NCBI GenBank assembly: GCA_050183995.1
Contig: JBFXAT010000014.1
Location: 7,382 to 71,381, forward strand
Origin: Vicinamibacterales bacterium
Lineage (GTDB): Bacteria; Acidobacteriota; Vicinamibacteria; Vicinamibacterales; CAVVIG01
Length of the DNA stretch: 64,000 bases
Direction: 5' to 3'
The notes under the pieces were generated by a model. It made no database searches. It was not told the DNA's origin and saw nothing but the letters and a program-made list of their open reading frames with translations. Positions 51,608 through 59,659 of the stretch are shown piece by piece (position 1 is the stretch's first letter; each line of letters starts with the position of its first letter). A program made the position numbers and the translations under genes.

Positions 51608-51668
51608 CCGGGTGAGCGTGTCACCCGGATGAGCCTGTCATCCGGGTGACCCTGTCACTCCGGATGAC
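51608..51668. repeat. About 17-bp palindromic tandem repeat (3.5 copies) between convergent genes
   Basis: CCGGGTGAGCGTGTCA-C-CCGGATGAGCCTGTCA-T-CCGGGTGACCCTGTCA-CT-CCGGATGAC. Confidence 0.75.
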
Positions 51669-52432
51669 TGCGCGCCTTCAGCCGGCGATTCTCGGCGCCC
51701 GGCTGTTTCGAGCACGGTGCGAAGCCACGGAACGGCCGCTCGCATCGAATCGATGAGACGCGCGGTGTCTCCGTGCGCCGCGTCTTCCACGACCACGAGC
51801 TCGGCGGCGACGCCGCGCAGCCGGAGCAGCGCGACGGCCGCACGCGTCGGGGCCAACGGCACGATCGTGTCCGCGCGGCTGTGGACCGCGAAGACCGGCG
51901 CCGATCCCCAGGCTTCGACGATCGCCGCGTCCGGCGAGCCCGCGGCGACCGCCGCGGCGCAAAACATCTCGGGATGCCTGGCCACGAGCCCCCACGCGGC
52001 CGTGGCGCCGTCGCTCAGTCCAGCGGCGACGATCGCGTGCGGTGCGACGTCGCAGGTCCGTCGTATGACGTCCACGAGCTCCAGCACCGCGCTTTCGCTC
52101 GAGGGCTCGAACCAGTCGATGCCGGGGCAGTCCGGTGCGACGAGGATGGCGTCGAGGTCCGACAACGCCGGCGCGAAGAACCGGCGGAGATGAACGCCGC
52201 CGTGTCCGCGAGGCACACGTCCGCTGCCCCATCCCGGATGCAGGCAGAGAATCAGCAACTGTCCGGCAACCGGATCGACGCGCGTCGGCGTCTCGATCGC
52301 ATATCGCACCAGCTGGCCGCTGCTCGTTCGGAACGTCCGCGCCCTTGGATCCAGCCGCGGCGCGATGGACCCGACCAGTCGGACGGCCAGCCGAACGCAC
52401 AGACTGTTCAGGCGCACGCAGCGATTGCGCAT
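51638..52432 (-). CDS. Alpha/beta hydrolase (esterase or predicted peptidase)
   Basis: GLSDGA nucleophile elbow, HSRADTIVP (Asp) and AAHG (His). Confidence 0.7.
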   Translation of the reverse strand: MRNRCVRLNSLCVRLAVRLVGSIAPRLDPRARTFRTSSGQLVRYAIETPTRVDPVAGQLLILCLHPGWGSGRVPRGHGGVHLRRFFAPALSDLDAILVAPDCPGIDWFEPSSESAVLELVDVIRRTCDVAPHAIVAAGLSDGATAAWGLVARHPEMFCAAAVAAGSPDAAIVEAWGSAPVFAVHSRADTIVPLAPTRAAVALLRLRGVAAELVVVEDAAHGDTARLIDSMRAAVPWLRTVLETAGRRESPAEGAQSSGVTGSPG

Positions 52433-52491
52433 CACGGTGACGAGACGCGCGACGCCTCGCGTTGCGGGACTGCTCCTGCGGTGCGGCCTCG

Positions 52492-53613
52492 TCACGCGGC
52501 GTCGATGACCGCCTGATAGAGACGTTCGTATCGGGCGGCACACATCTGGATAGTGAACGCGTCTTCCACGCGCCGTCGTGCGGCCGCCCCGAGCGCGGCG
52601 GCCACGGCTGGCGATTCGAGCAGTCGAGCGATACGGTTGGCCAGATCGCTCGGCGACAGGGGCGGCACCAGGAACCCGGTTTCGCCGTCGATCACCAGCT
52701 CGGGGTTGCCGCCAGAGTCGGACGCGACGACCGGCTTGCCGAGGGCCATGGCCTCGAGGATGGCGTTGCTCGCGCCTTCGTTCACCGACGGCAGGACGAA
52801 CACGTCCACACCACGAAGGGTCTCCAGGCGGCCGTGGTCCAGATGGGTGAACCGCACGATGTCGGACAACTGGAGCGCGCCGACGAGTGTCCGAAGGGAC
52901 CGCGCATACTCGCGTGACTCGTCGGACGGATAACATCCGCCGAACACGTCGAAGCGTACGCCGGGAACGCGGCGGCGAACGATCTGCGCGGCACGGATGA
53001 AGTCCTCGTGCCGCTTCTGCGGAACCAGGTGCGCGACCATGGCGACTCGCGGCGGCTCCGGAGCACGGCTCGTCTCCGCATCGGCCGCGAGACCAGAGGC
53101 GCGGGAGAACTCGTCGAGGTCGAGCCCGTTGTGAATGACGTCCACGCCATGGCCGACGAGATCGAACTGGCGGGCGAGGAACCTGGAGCCGCACACGATC
53201 TTCCTAGACAGCATCGTCGCGAGAGAGAGAAACGTCTGCTGCTCGCGGCGCGTCTGCCGTTCGTGCACGACCGCGACATGCCCGCCGAATCTCCAGATGT
53301 GGGGCAGTCCTGCCTGGCCGGCCGCCAACCCGAGGACCGGCGCGAAATAGGAGGACTGCACCAGATCCACCTGAAGGCTCTCCAGCGCGGCGGCGAGCCC
53401 GCGCGCGTCGTCGGCTGCGTACGGGACGACGGCGGCCTGCACGCCGCGGGCCCGGAAGAGGGCATGTGTCGGCCCTTCTTCGGCCGACACGACGATCGGC
53501 TCGAATCGCGCCGGGTCGAGAACGGGGAGCAGACTCGCGAGGAAGCGCTCCGTGCCGCCGACGATGCGTGGGTTGATTTCGATGGCGATGCGCGCGCGGC
53601 CGTCGCGGCTCAC
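52492..53613 (-). CDS. GT4 glycosyltransferase
   Basis: GGTER, IHNGLD and EGASNAILEAMALGKPVV motifs; GTGA overlap with the kinase stop. Confidence 0.9.
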   Translation of the reverse strand: MSRDGRARIAIEINPRIVGGTERFLASLLPVLDPARFEPIVVSAEEGPTHALFRARGVQAAVVPYAADDARGLAAALESLQVDLVQSSYFAPVLGLAAGQAGLPHIWRFGGHVAVVHERQTRREQQTFLSLATMLSRKIVCGSRFLARQFDLVGHGVDVIHNGLDLDEFSRASGLAADAETSRAPEPPRVAMVAHLVPQKRHEDFIRAAQIVRRRVPGVRFDVFGGCYPSDESREYARSLRTLVGALQLSDIVRFTHLDHGRLETLRGVDVFVLPSVNEGASNAILEAMALGKPVVASDSGGNPELVIDGETGFLVPPLSPSDLANRIARLLESPAVAAALGAAARRRVEDAFTIQMCAARYERLYQAVIDAA

Positions 53614-54620
53614 TGCAGGTACGCCTCGATCTGTCGGGGAAGTGACGCGGCGTCGCGGCCGAGCCGGACGTCGAAACATTTCACCGTGCGTGCGAGCTCG
53701 ACGTAGGTATCGAGCCGGCGCTGCGCCGACGGCCCGTCGGTCACGAGCGTCGGGTACTCCTTGGGGCGGTGGGACAGGAATCGGCGCACCGCCTCGGCTG
53801 ACGGGAGCCGTTCGAGGCGGGTCTGTCCCTCATCACAAACGGTGGGAAAGAGGACGACGCGTGCGAGCGGCGCGGTGGCGGCTGGAGCGGCGCAGGTGGC
53901 TGGAGCAGCGTAGAGGCGTGACACCGGCACGGATCGCTTCAGGCCGTGACCACGCTGCACCAGCGGCGCCGACTTGAGGTGATCGAGGCGCGGGAACATG
54001 GCCAGCGTGTTGTCGGTGACGTGGATGTCGCCATCGACGCCGAGCGCGGCGATGCCGTCGGCCCGGTGCTCCAGAAAGATCTCGTCGTCGGCGACGAACG
54101 CAAATCCCGACTCGAGGAAGCGCAGGGTCGTCGTGGACTTGCCGCTCCCGGAGGGGCCGGCGAGCAGCACGGCGGCGCCGTCGAGCGACACGGCACCGCT
54201 ATGCCAGTGCACCAGACCGAGGCGCGCCAGCGTCATGAGCAGCAGCGGCTCGAACATGTAGTAATAGACGTCGTCGACCGTTTGATCGCACGCTTCGATG
54301 TGCACGTGCCACGGCCGCCGATGGAAGTATCCGGTGATGAGCCGTCGATCGTCGGCGATGACGAGCACGCGATCGTTGCTGAAGAACTGCCATTCGCGGA
54401 GCCGGCTGCCGGAGCGTTCGTGCAGGTGGAAGACGAGGTCGGGATCGAGCGGCCGCTCGCCGGGACCGGCTGTTGCGTCTCCGGGACCTGCTGCGAGAGG
54501 CGCGACGCGCACGAAGCGTTGCCAGCGCGCTTCGATGAACGCACCCAGCTGCTCGGCGCGGGGATCGCAAACGACGCTCACGTGCCTGGCGAAGAGGTCG
54601 TACTGCGTTGACTTCAACAC
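53610..54620 (-). CDS. HPr-kinase-related P-loop kinase (type found in lasso/PqqD clusters)
   Basis: HSGAV...LLAGPSGSGKSTT...FVADDE: His, Walker A and DD signature. Confidence 0.8.
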   Translation of the reverse strand: MLKSTQYDLFARHVSVVCDPRAEQLGAFIEARWQRFVRVAPLAAGPGDATAGPGERPLDPDLVFHLHERSGSRLREWQFFSNDRVLVIADDRRLITGYFHRRPWHVHIEACDQTVDDVYYYMFEPLLLMTLARLGLVHWHSGAVSLDGAAVLLAGPSGSGKSTTTLRFLESGFAFVADDEIFLEHRADGIAALGVDGDIHVTDNTLAMFPRLDHLKSAPLVQRGHGLKRSVPVSRLYAAPATCAAPAATAPLARVVLFPTVCDEGQTRLERLPSAEAVRRFLSHRPKEYPTLVTDGPSAQRRLDTYVELARTVKCFDVRLGRDAASLPRQIEAYLQ

Positions 54621-54704
54621 CCTCCGATCTTAAACTCGCTGCACATTTCACGACCGCGTCGTCGCGACACGGTCGGAGCCGCTGCCCTTTTTCGGACCTC
54701 GTGG

Positions 54705-55013
54705 ATGAGCGACATTCAGCCGGCCGCCGCAGCTCTCGGCGGAACCGCCCGTCTTCTTCGAAAACCGAATGTGCCGTGGAAGGAGCTCGATGGCGTTGCC
54801 ATCGTCCTCGTGCTCGGGAGCGGCGACTACTTCGAGCTCGACGAGCTGGGGCTGGCCATCTGGAAGATGCTGGATGGCACTCGCAGCCTGGCGGACTGTG
54901 CGGCAGAGCTGTCGTCAACCTATGACGCCGCTGCCGGCGTGCTGCGGGCGGACGTCGAGGAGTTCGCCGGGACGCTGCTCGATCTCCAACTGGTCGAGGT
55001 CGTTTCCGAGTAG
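54705..55013 (+). CDS. PqqD-family RiPP recognition element (lasso B1-like)
   Basis: ELDGVAIVL...YFELDELGLAIWKMLDG...YD...DVEEF...L PqqD pattern. Confidence 0.9.
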   Translation: MSDIQPAAAALGGTARLLRKPNVPWKELDGVAIVLVLGSGDYFELDELGLAIWKMLDGTRSLADCAAELSSTYDAAAGVLRADVEEFAGTLLDLQLVEVVSE

Positions 55014-55046
55014 CTGCGTGCGAGCGCACGCGCAGGATCACTGGTC

Positions 55047-55319
55047 ATGTCTGGAACATCCGCGCGAGAGACGACGGGAGCCGCGTCGACGGCGATGAGC
55101 GCAGGCCCTGAATCCCACGAGATCCCGCCGCCCGTGCCGGCAGCGTCGACTGAGCCTGGTCCGCCCGCGGTGTCGGCGTCCGAGTCCCAGGCGCAGCCGG
55201 CGCCGGAGCCGGAGCCGGCGACGGCTGGGCCAACCGGGTCGCCGGACGGGCTGAAGCGTTACAGCAAGCCCACGATCTCGCGCCACGGCAACCTGCGGAT
55301 GATGACGCAGCTCGAATAG
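55047..55319 (+). CDS. Putative RiPP-like precursor with lasso leader motif at the C-terminus
   Basis: Ends KRYSKPTISRHGNLRMMTQLE*, matching YxxPx(L/I)xxxGxxxxxT; starts 33 bp after the RRE gene on the same strand. Confidence 0.75.
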   Translation: MSGTSARETTGAASTAMSAGPESHEIPPPVPAASTEPGPPAVSASESQAQPAPEPEPATAGPTGSPDGLKRYSKPTISRHGNLRMMTQLE

Positions 55320-55337
55320 GCCCGTTCGGCGCGCGGC

Positions 55338-56480
55338 TCACGCCGTGTCGCCTTGACCATCCGGTGCAGAGGGCACGCCCGCGTCCGCGGGCGTGCGATG
55401 TCTCAACCTCGCCATGACGTATGTCGGCAGGTCCAGGCTGGAGGCCAGCAGGTACCGGTCCCTCAGGAAACGTGTGAATCCCACGGGCGACATGCGGCGC
55501 TGCCGGGCGCGTGCCCATCGGACGTACGCCATCCAGATCTGTGCCGCCTCCTGCAGGAGCGGCCGCTCGTTGCTGGAGATGGTCTGCCGGTCGAAGTTCA
55601 CGCGTTCGGCGCGCGCGATCGGGGTCGCGTCGAGCCGGCGCAGGGTCTCGTCGGAGATGGCCGCGCCGAATCGATCGCGGAGGTAGCGCAGCGCCGTGGC
55701 GGCGAACAGCGAAAGGCGGCAGCGCTCTGCCTGTTCGATCACGCGGTTCCAGTCGAGATCGGGACGGCGGTTCACGAGCTGCACCGCGTCCGCGATCCAC
55801 CGGAGGGCCGGCGTCGGGCTCCAGATCAAGCCGTGGACGCACGTGTGCAGGAGCTGGTCGGCCGGACACAGTACTGAAACGGACGTCTCGAACAGCGCGG
55901 CCCGTTCGGCGGCCTGCCAGAACGGATCGTCGATCGCCGGTCCGCTGTGATGGCCGAAGACGTTCCAGTGCAGATCGAGGTCGAAGCCGCTGTCGTGCGT
56001 GAACTGCTGTGCGTGCGGCTGGACGCCGACCGGAGTCCAGCCGCGTGAGGAGAGCCGATCGACGGCTCGAGGCGCCATCGCGTACGGGACGAGCAGGTCG
56101 GCGTCCGCCATGGGTCTGAGGCCCGGATCGCCGCCGTGCGCGACGAGCAGCGCCGCACCTTTCAGGAGCATCACGGACATGCCGGCGTCCTGGAGCGCCG
56201 CGACCGCCTGTTGCAGGTGATGGAGACGGAGCTGGTTGGCCTGCCACGTGTGGATGTATTCCGCGCGCAGCCGGTCGAGGAGCGGCTGCTCCAGCCGCAG
56301 ATCCGCGCGGCGTTGATACAGCAGCGGCAGGAGGCGCTTCGAACCGGCGTCGAGGCAATCGAGATCGGCGCCGGCCGACCATGCGCGCCACGCTGCCCGG
56401 GCGCGCGCGGCGTCGAGGAGGATCGCCTCGAGCAGCTGTTCCTGTTGCGTCGTCGTGCGCGCGATGCTGGTGTGGCTCAC
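55338..56480 (-). CDS. Nucleotidyltransferase family protein (NTP_transf_5-like)
   Basis: LLKGAAL, RPMADADLLV, DLDLHW, LLHTCVH and RWIAD motifs; start estimated. Confidence 0.85.
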   Translation of the reverse strand: MSHTSIARTTTQQEQLLEAILLDAARARAAWRAWSAGADLDCLDAGSKRLLPLLYQRRADLRLEQPLLDRLRAEYIHTWQANQLRLHHLQQAVAALQDAGMSVMLLKGAALLVAHGGDPGLRPMADADLLVPYAMAPRAVDRLSSRGWTPVGVQPHAQQFTHDSGFDLDLHWNVFGHHSGPAIDDPFWQAAERAALFETSVSVLCPADQLLHTCVHGLIWSPTPALRWIADAVQLVNRRPDLDWNRVIEQAERCRLSLFAATALRYLRDRFGAAISDETLRRLDATPIARAERVNFDRQTISSNERPLLQEAAQIWMAYVRWARARQRRMSPVGFTRFLRDRYLLASSLDLPTYVMARLRHRTPADAGVPSAPDGQGDTA

Positions 56481-56494
56481 GGTGGGGGTGTCCG

Positions 56495-56583
56495 AGCGAG
56501 CGACGAAACGGGACGAGCGAACGAACAAACGAACGAACGAACGAAGGGACGACCGACCGACCGACTGACCGACCGAGCAAACG
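56495..56583. repeat. Degenerate tetranucleotide simple repeats (CGAA)n/(CCGA)n
   Basis: gagcgaacgaacaaacgaacgaacgaacgaagggacgaccgaccgaccgactgaccgaccgagc, just upstream of the nucleotidyltransferase. Confidence 0.8.
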
Positions 56584-56868
56584 CCCGACGGTGCCGCCGC
56601 CGCATGTCGTTCGAGCGGGCGTTCTGCGGCAATTATGGACGAAGGCGCCGCGGACTGCGCGAGGGACCGGGCCGGCGATTGCTGCACGCGGGATTGGGGA
56701 GCGTGTGGGCGCTGCCGTTCGCGCGGCCCTTTGCGGGCGGGGGAGCGGCTGTCCTGGCGGGCGGCGGCGTAGCCGGCTACGCCGATCTGTCCAACCCCGA
56801 CATGGTCGCCGAGACCCGTTACCCCATCTCCATCCGGAAGACCGCGAGCTGGCTCTCCAGATCGACCT

Positions 56869-56993
56869 GTCCAACTTCGCGATCTCGCTGTCGCGTGAGG
56901 GTCCGCTTCTCATCGCGCGAGCAGAGCCTGCGGCGGACTCAACGGCGGTGGTATCGTGAGGCCGCGCAGCGCGGCTCAGCGCCGACGTTGACC
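56869..56993 (+). mobile_element. Degenerate attC-like site 1
   Basis: L' GCTCAGC, 6-bp spacer, R' GTTGACC 11 bp before the next ATG; possible R'' GTCCAAC at 56869. Confidence 0.5.
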
Positions 56994-57004
56994 GATTGAG
57001 GCAC

Positions 57005-57781
57005 ATGTCCACAGGCAACTACTTCGGACCTGGGGTGGACGCCGGGCGGTACGCGAAAGCAAGGCCGTCCGTCCACAGCTCCGCTATCGAGAGGTTCCGT
57101 CTAGCGGCTCGAATAGCAGTGCCGTTCGCTCGCGCGTTGGACGTCGGGTGTGGTACCGGACACTCAACTGTTGCGCTGGCGTCCATCGCTGACTCAGTCG
57201 TGGGCGTCGACCCGTCCACGGAGATGCTGTCCCACGCCGTCGCCCACTCGAAGGTCCGGTACCAACGGGCTAGCGCTGAGAGCCTGCCATTTCCAGACGG
57301 TGGGTTCGATCTCATCACCGCGGCGTTGGCATTTCACTGGTTTGACGCGAGCGCGTTCCTCGCTGAATCGCGCCGGGTCTTGCGGTCTCCTGGGTGGCTG
57401 CTTATCTATACCAGCGGGTTCACCGGTGAAGTGTTGGAGGAACCCGCCTTCAGTGCATGGTTTCGCGGGGAGTTCCTGACTCGCTATCCGACACCGGCGC
57501 GTAAGTCGACGGTGCTCAACCCTTCGCTTGCCGAAGGCAATGGCTTGGCCTGGGTAGGCGAGGAATCGTTTTCGAACGATGTCGAAATGACCATCGACAC
57601 GTTTGTGGACTACGAGCTCTCGACGACCAACATCATCGCCGCGGCCGAACGAAGCCATCTCGAACTCCGGCAGGCCGAGGCGTGGATGCGGGAGTCGCTC
57701 GTGTCACTGCTAACGCCGAGGCACAAGGGCACTTTTCGTTTTGTTGGCAAAGCCGTCTTCTTGAAAAAGCAGGCCGGCTAA
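57005..57781 (+). CDS. Class I SAM-dependent methyltransferase (cassette-like)
   Basis: YAKARP, LDVGCGTG and AFHWFD motifs; visibly more AT-rich codons; stop lies inside GGCTAAC. Confidence 0.9.
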   Translation: MSTGNYFGPGVDAGRYAKARPSVHSSAIERFRLAARIAVPFARALDVGCGTGHSTVALASIADSVVGVDPSTEMLSHAVAHSKVRYQRASAESLPFPDGGFDLITAALAFHWFDASAFLAESRRVLRSPGWLLIYTSGFTGEVLEEPAFSAWFRGEFLTRYPTPARKSTVLNPSLAEGNGLAWVGEESFSNDVEMTIDTFVDYELSTTNIIAAAERSHLELRQAEAWMRESLVSLLTPRHKGTFRFVGKAVFLKKQAG

Positions 57782-57899
57782 CAACCGCATCTGGACTTCT
57801 CCGTCAAGTAGAAGGGCTGATTGTTCGACGAGCCGCCCTCCATCATCTCGCCGAGGCGCGGCTGATTTCGCGCGCTGGGGTGAGGAAGTCACGATGCGG
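57776..57899 (+). mobile_element. Truncated attC-like site 2
   Basis: R''-like GGCTAAC, then CCGCATCtgGACTTC ... GAAGTCacGATGCGG inverted repeat; R' GTT missing. Confidence 0.5.
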
Positions 57900-58149
57900 A
57901 TGGCCGCACTTGTTTCCCCGTAGATCACGTGACACGGAAATCGGGTGACGGCTCGACGTCGGAGACCAAGTTCAGGCGGGACCGTGGGCGCAAGCGACCG
58001 GCCCGGGGCAACTCACAAATCAGATCGATCGTGGCGTCGACGGCATCGAAGAACTCGATGCCCAGGTCTTCGCGACGCTTCTCGTACCATCTGCCGGCCC
58101 GTCGGTACTCGGCGTCGGCTTCGTCCTCGAACTGGACGCGGGGGCTCAA
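57885..58149 (-). pseudogene. RelE/ParE-type toxin remnant
   Basis: RVQFEDEADAEYRRAGRWYEKRREDLGIEFFDAVD, then a frameshift to RRRAVTRFPCHVIYGE...IRIV; C-terminus lost. Confidence 0.75.
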
Positions 58150-58249
58150 CGTCGGCGCAGGTCTGCTTCGGCGCGTTGGCGAACGGTTTCCCACGGAATC
58201 CAGGAAGGGCCAGTGCCTCTCGCAAGAGATCTTGCACACGCGCAGACAT
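58146..58249 (-). pseudogene. Addiction-module antitoxin remnant
   Basis: MSARVQDLLREALALP joined out of frame to IPWETVRQRAEADLRRR*; central part deleted. Confidence 0.7.
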
Positions 58250-58276
58250 GCGTTCATTCTAAATCCCGCGGAGGCA

Positions 58277-58346
58277 GCCCATCATCGCGCTGGAGTGGAT
58301 GTGCGACGGTGCTCGAGCGCGTCGCCGCTCAGCGCGCACACTAGAC
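58277..58346 (+). mobile_element. Degenerate attC-like site 3
   Basis: GCCCATC-5bp-GCTGGAGT...GCTCAGC-6bp-ACTAGAC with an extrahelical G and inner GCGACG/CGTCGC stem. Confidence 0.6.
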
Positions 58347-58367
58347 ACCCCCGCTCATAGAGGAACC

Positions 58368-58997
58368 GTGTATATCCCGACACCCTTCCTGGTTGAGGAC
58401 CGCAAGGTCATCGTGGCCTTCATGCAGCAGTTCGACTTCGCCGCCGTCGTGTCGCATTCCGACGCCGCCGGGTTCGTAGCGTCCCATGTGCCGGTTCTGA
58501 TTCGCGAGGTTGGCTCGGAGCTCCGTATCGTCGGGCATGTGGCTCGCGGCAACTCGCACTGGAAATTGATGGAGAGCCAGGCAGAGTCGATGGTCATCTT
58601 TCAAGGTCCTCATGCCTACGTGTCGCCAACCTGGTACGCGGTGTCGCCGGCGGTTCCGACGTGGAACTACGCGGTCGTGCACGCCTATGGCGCAGCCCGG
58701 GTACGGGAAGACAAAGCGTTCGTCGCCGGAGTTGTCGAGGACCTGACACGGCGCTACGAGGACCAGCGTGAACACCCCTGGTCGACCCAGGCGGTGCCCG
58801 GCGAGTCATACGAGAAGCTCCTCAACGCCATCGTGGGGTTCGAGATCTCGGTCTCCCGGTGTGAAGCCAAGTTCAAGTTGGGCCAGAATCGGTCAGCTGA
58901 AGACCGCGCCGGAGCGATGGCTGCCCTCGAACGCGAGTCCTCCCCGGGGGCGCTGGAACTCGCGAAGTTGATGAGATCGCACGGACAAGGTGTCTAA
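58368..58997 (+). CDS. paiB: FMN-binding PaiB-family protein
   Basis: MYIP..F, GHVARGN, GPHAYVSPTWY, VPTWNY and KLGQN motifs; stop inside GTCTAAC. Confidence 0.9.
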   Translation: MYIPTPFLVEDRKVIVAFMQQFDFAAVVSHSDAAGFVASHVPVLIREVGSELRIVGHVARGNSHWKLMESQAESMVIFQGPHAYVSPTWYAVSPAVPTWNYAVVHAYGAARVREDKAFVAGVVEDLTRRYEDQREHPWSTQAVPGESYEKLLNAIVGFEISVSRCEAKFKLGQNRSAEDRAGAMAALERESSPGALELAKLMRSHGQGV

Positions 58998-59011
58998 CAT
59001 GGGAGGATTCG

Positions 59012-59614
59012 ATGACGACAGCACCGAAGAACAGGCTCACGGGCACGACGTGGATCAAAGCGACGCTGGCCGGCGCCGCGCTCGCACTGATGACGCCGTT
59101 GTCGGTCTACGCGCAGGCGACCTATGACTATCGCGTGCTGGCCACGTCGAAGACATCCACCCTCGAGAAAGAGATGAACGAGGCGGCGGAAGCTGGGTTC
59201 CGATTTTCGTTCGTCATGGGCGGTGAGACGGCAGTGGGCGGAAACGAAGGCGTGGCCGTGATGACGAAGACGGGTCAATCCGGCCGGTACGCCTACAAGC
59301 TCCTCGCGACGTCGAAGACGTCGACGATGCAGAAGGAGCTGCAGGAGGCGTCAGACGGAGGCTTCGAGTATCGCGACCAGACGGTGTTCAAGTCCACCTT
59401 CGGCGGCCAGGAGGTCGTCTGCATCCTAGAGCGCGACAAAGACGCGCCGGACCGCAAGTACGACTACAAGCTTCTGGCGACGACCAAGACCTCCACGCTC
59501 GAGAAGGAGCTCCGGGAAGCCGGGGAGGCCGGGTATGAAGTCATGGGCATGACGGTGTCGAAGACCGCGCTGGGCGGCAAGGAACTGGTCGCCATCACGC
59601 GCAAGGCCAAATGA
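59012..59614 (+). CDS. Secreted protein with three YxYx(L/V)LATxKTST repeats
   Basis: Signal ending VYA-Q; repeats YRVLATSKTSTLEKEM, YKLLATSKTSTMQKEL and YKLLATTKTSTLEKEL. Confidence 0.75.
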   Translation: MTTAPKNRLTGTTWIKATLAGAALALMTPLSVYAQATYDYRVLATSKTSTLEKEMNEAAEAGFRFSFVMGGETAVGGNEGVAVMTKTGQSGRYAYKLLATSKTSTMQKELQEASDGGFEYRDQTVFKSTFGGQEVVCILERDKDAPDRKYDYKLLATTKTSTLEKELREAGEAGYEVMGMTVSKTALGGKELVAITRKAK

Positions 59615-59659
59615 GGCGTCCGCTCGCGCATCGTCCAGGGTGAGAGTGAACGAATCGAC

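Noticed and set aside
51608-51668. CRISPR mini-array
   Set aside because: Units are about 17 bp, adjacent, with no unique spacers and no cas genes.
56635-56772. Cys-rich 45-aa ORF MDEGAADCARDRAGDCCTRDWGACGRCRS... next to the RiPP-like module
   Set aside because: No RBS, no leader motif and no Cys-modifying enzyme nearby; composition is explainable by GC-rich DNA.
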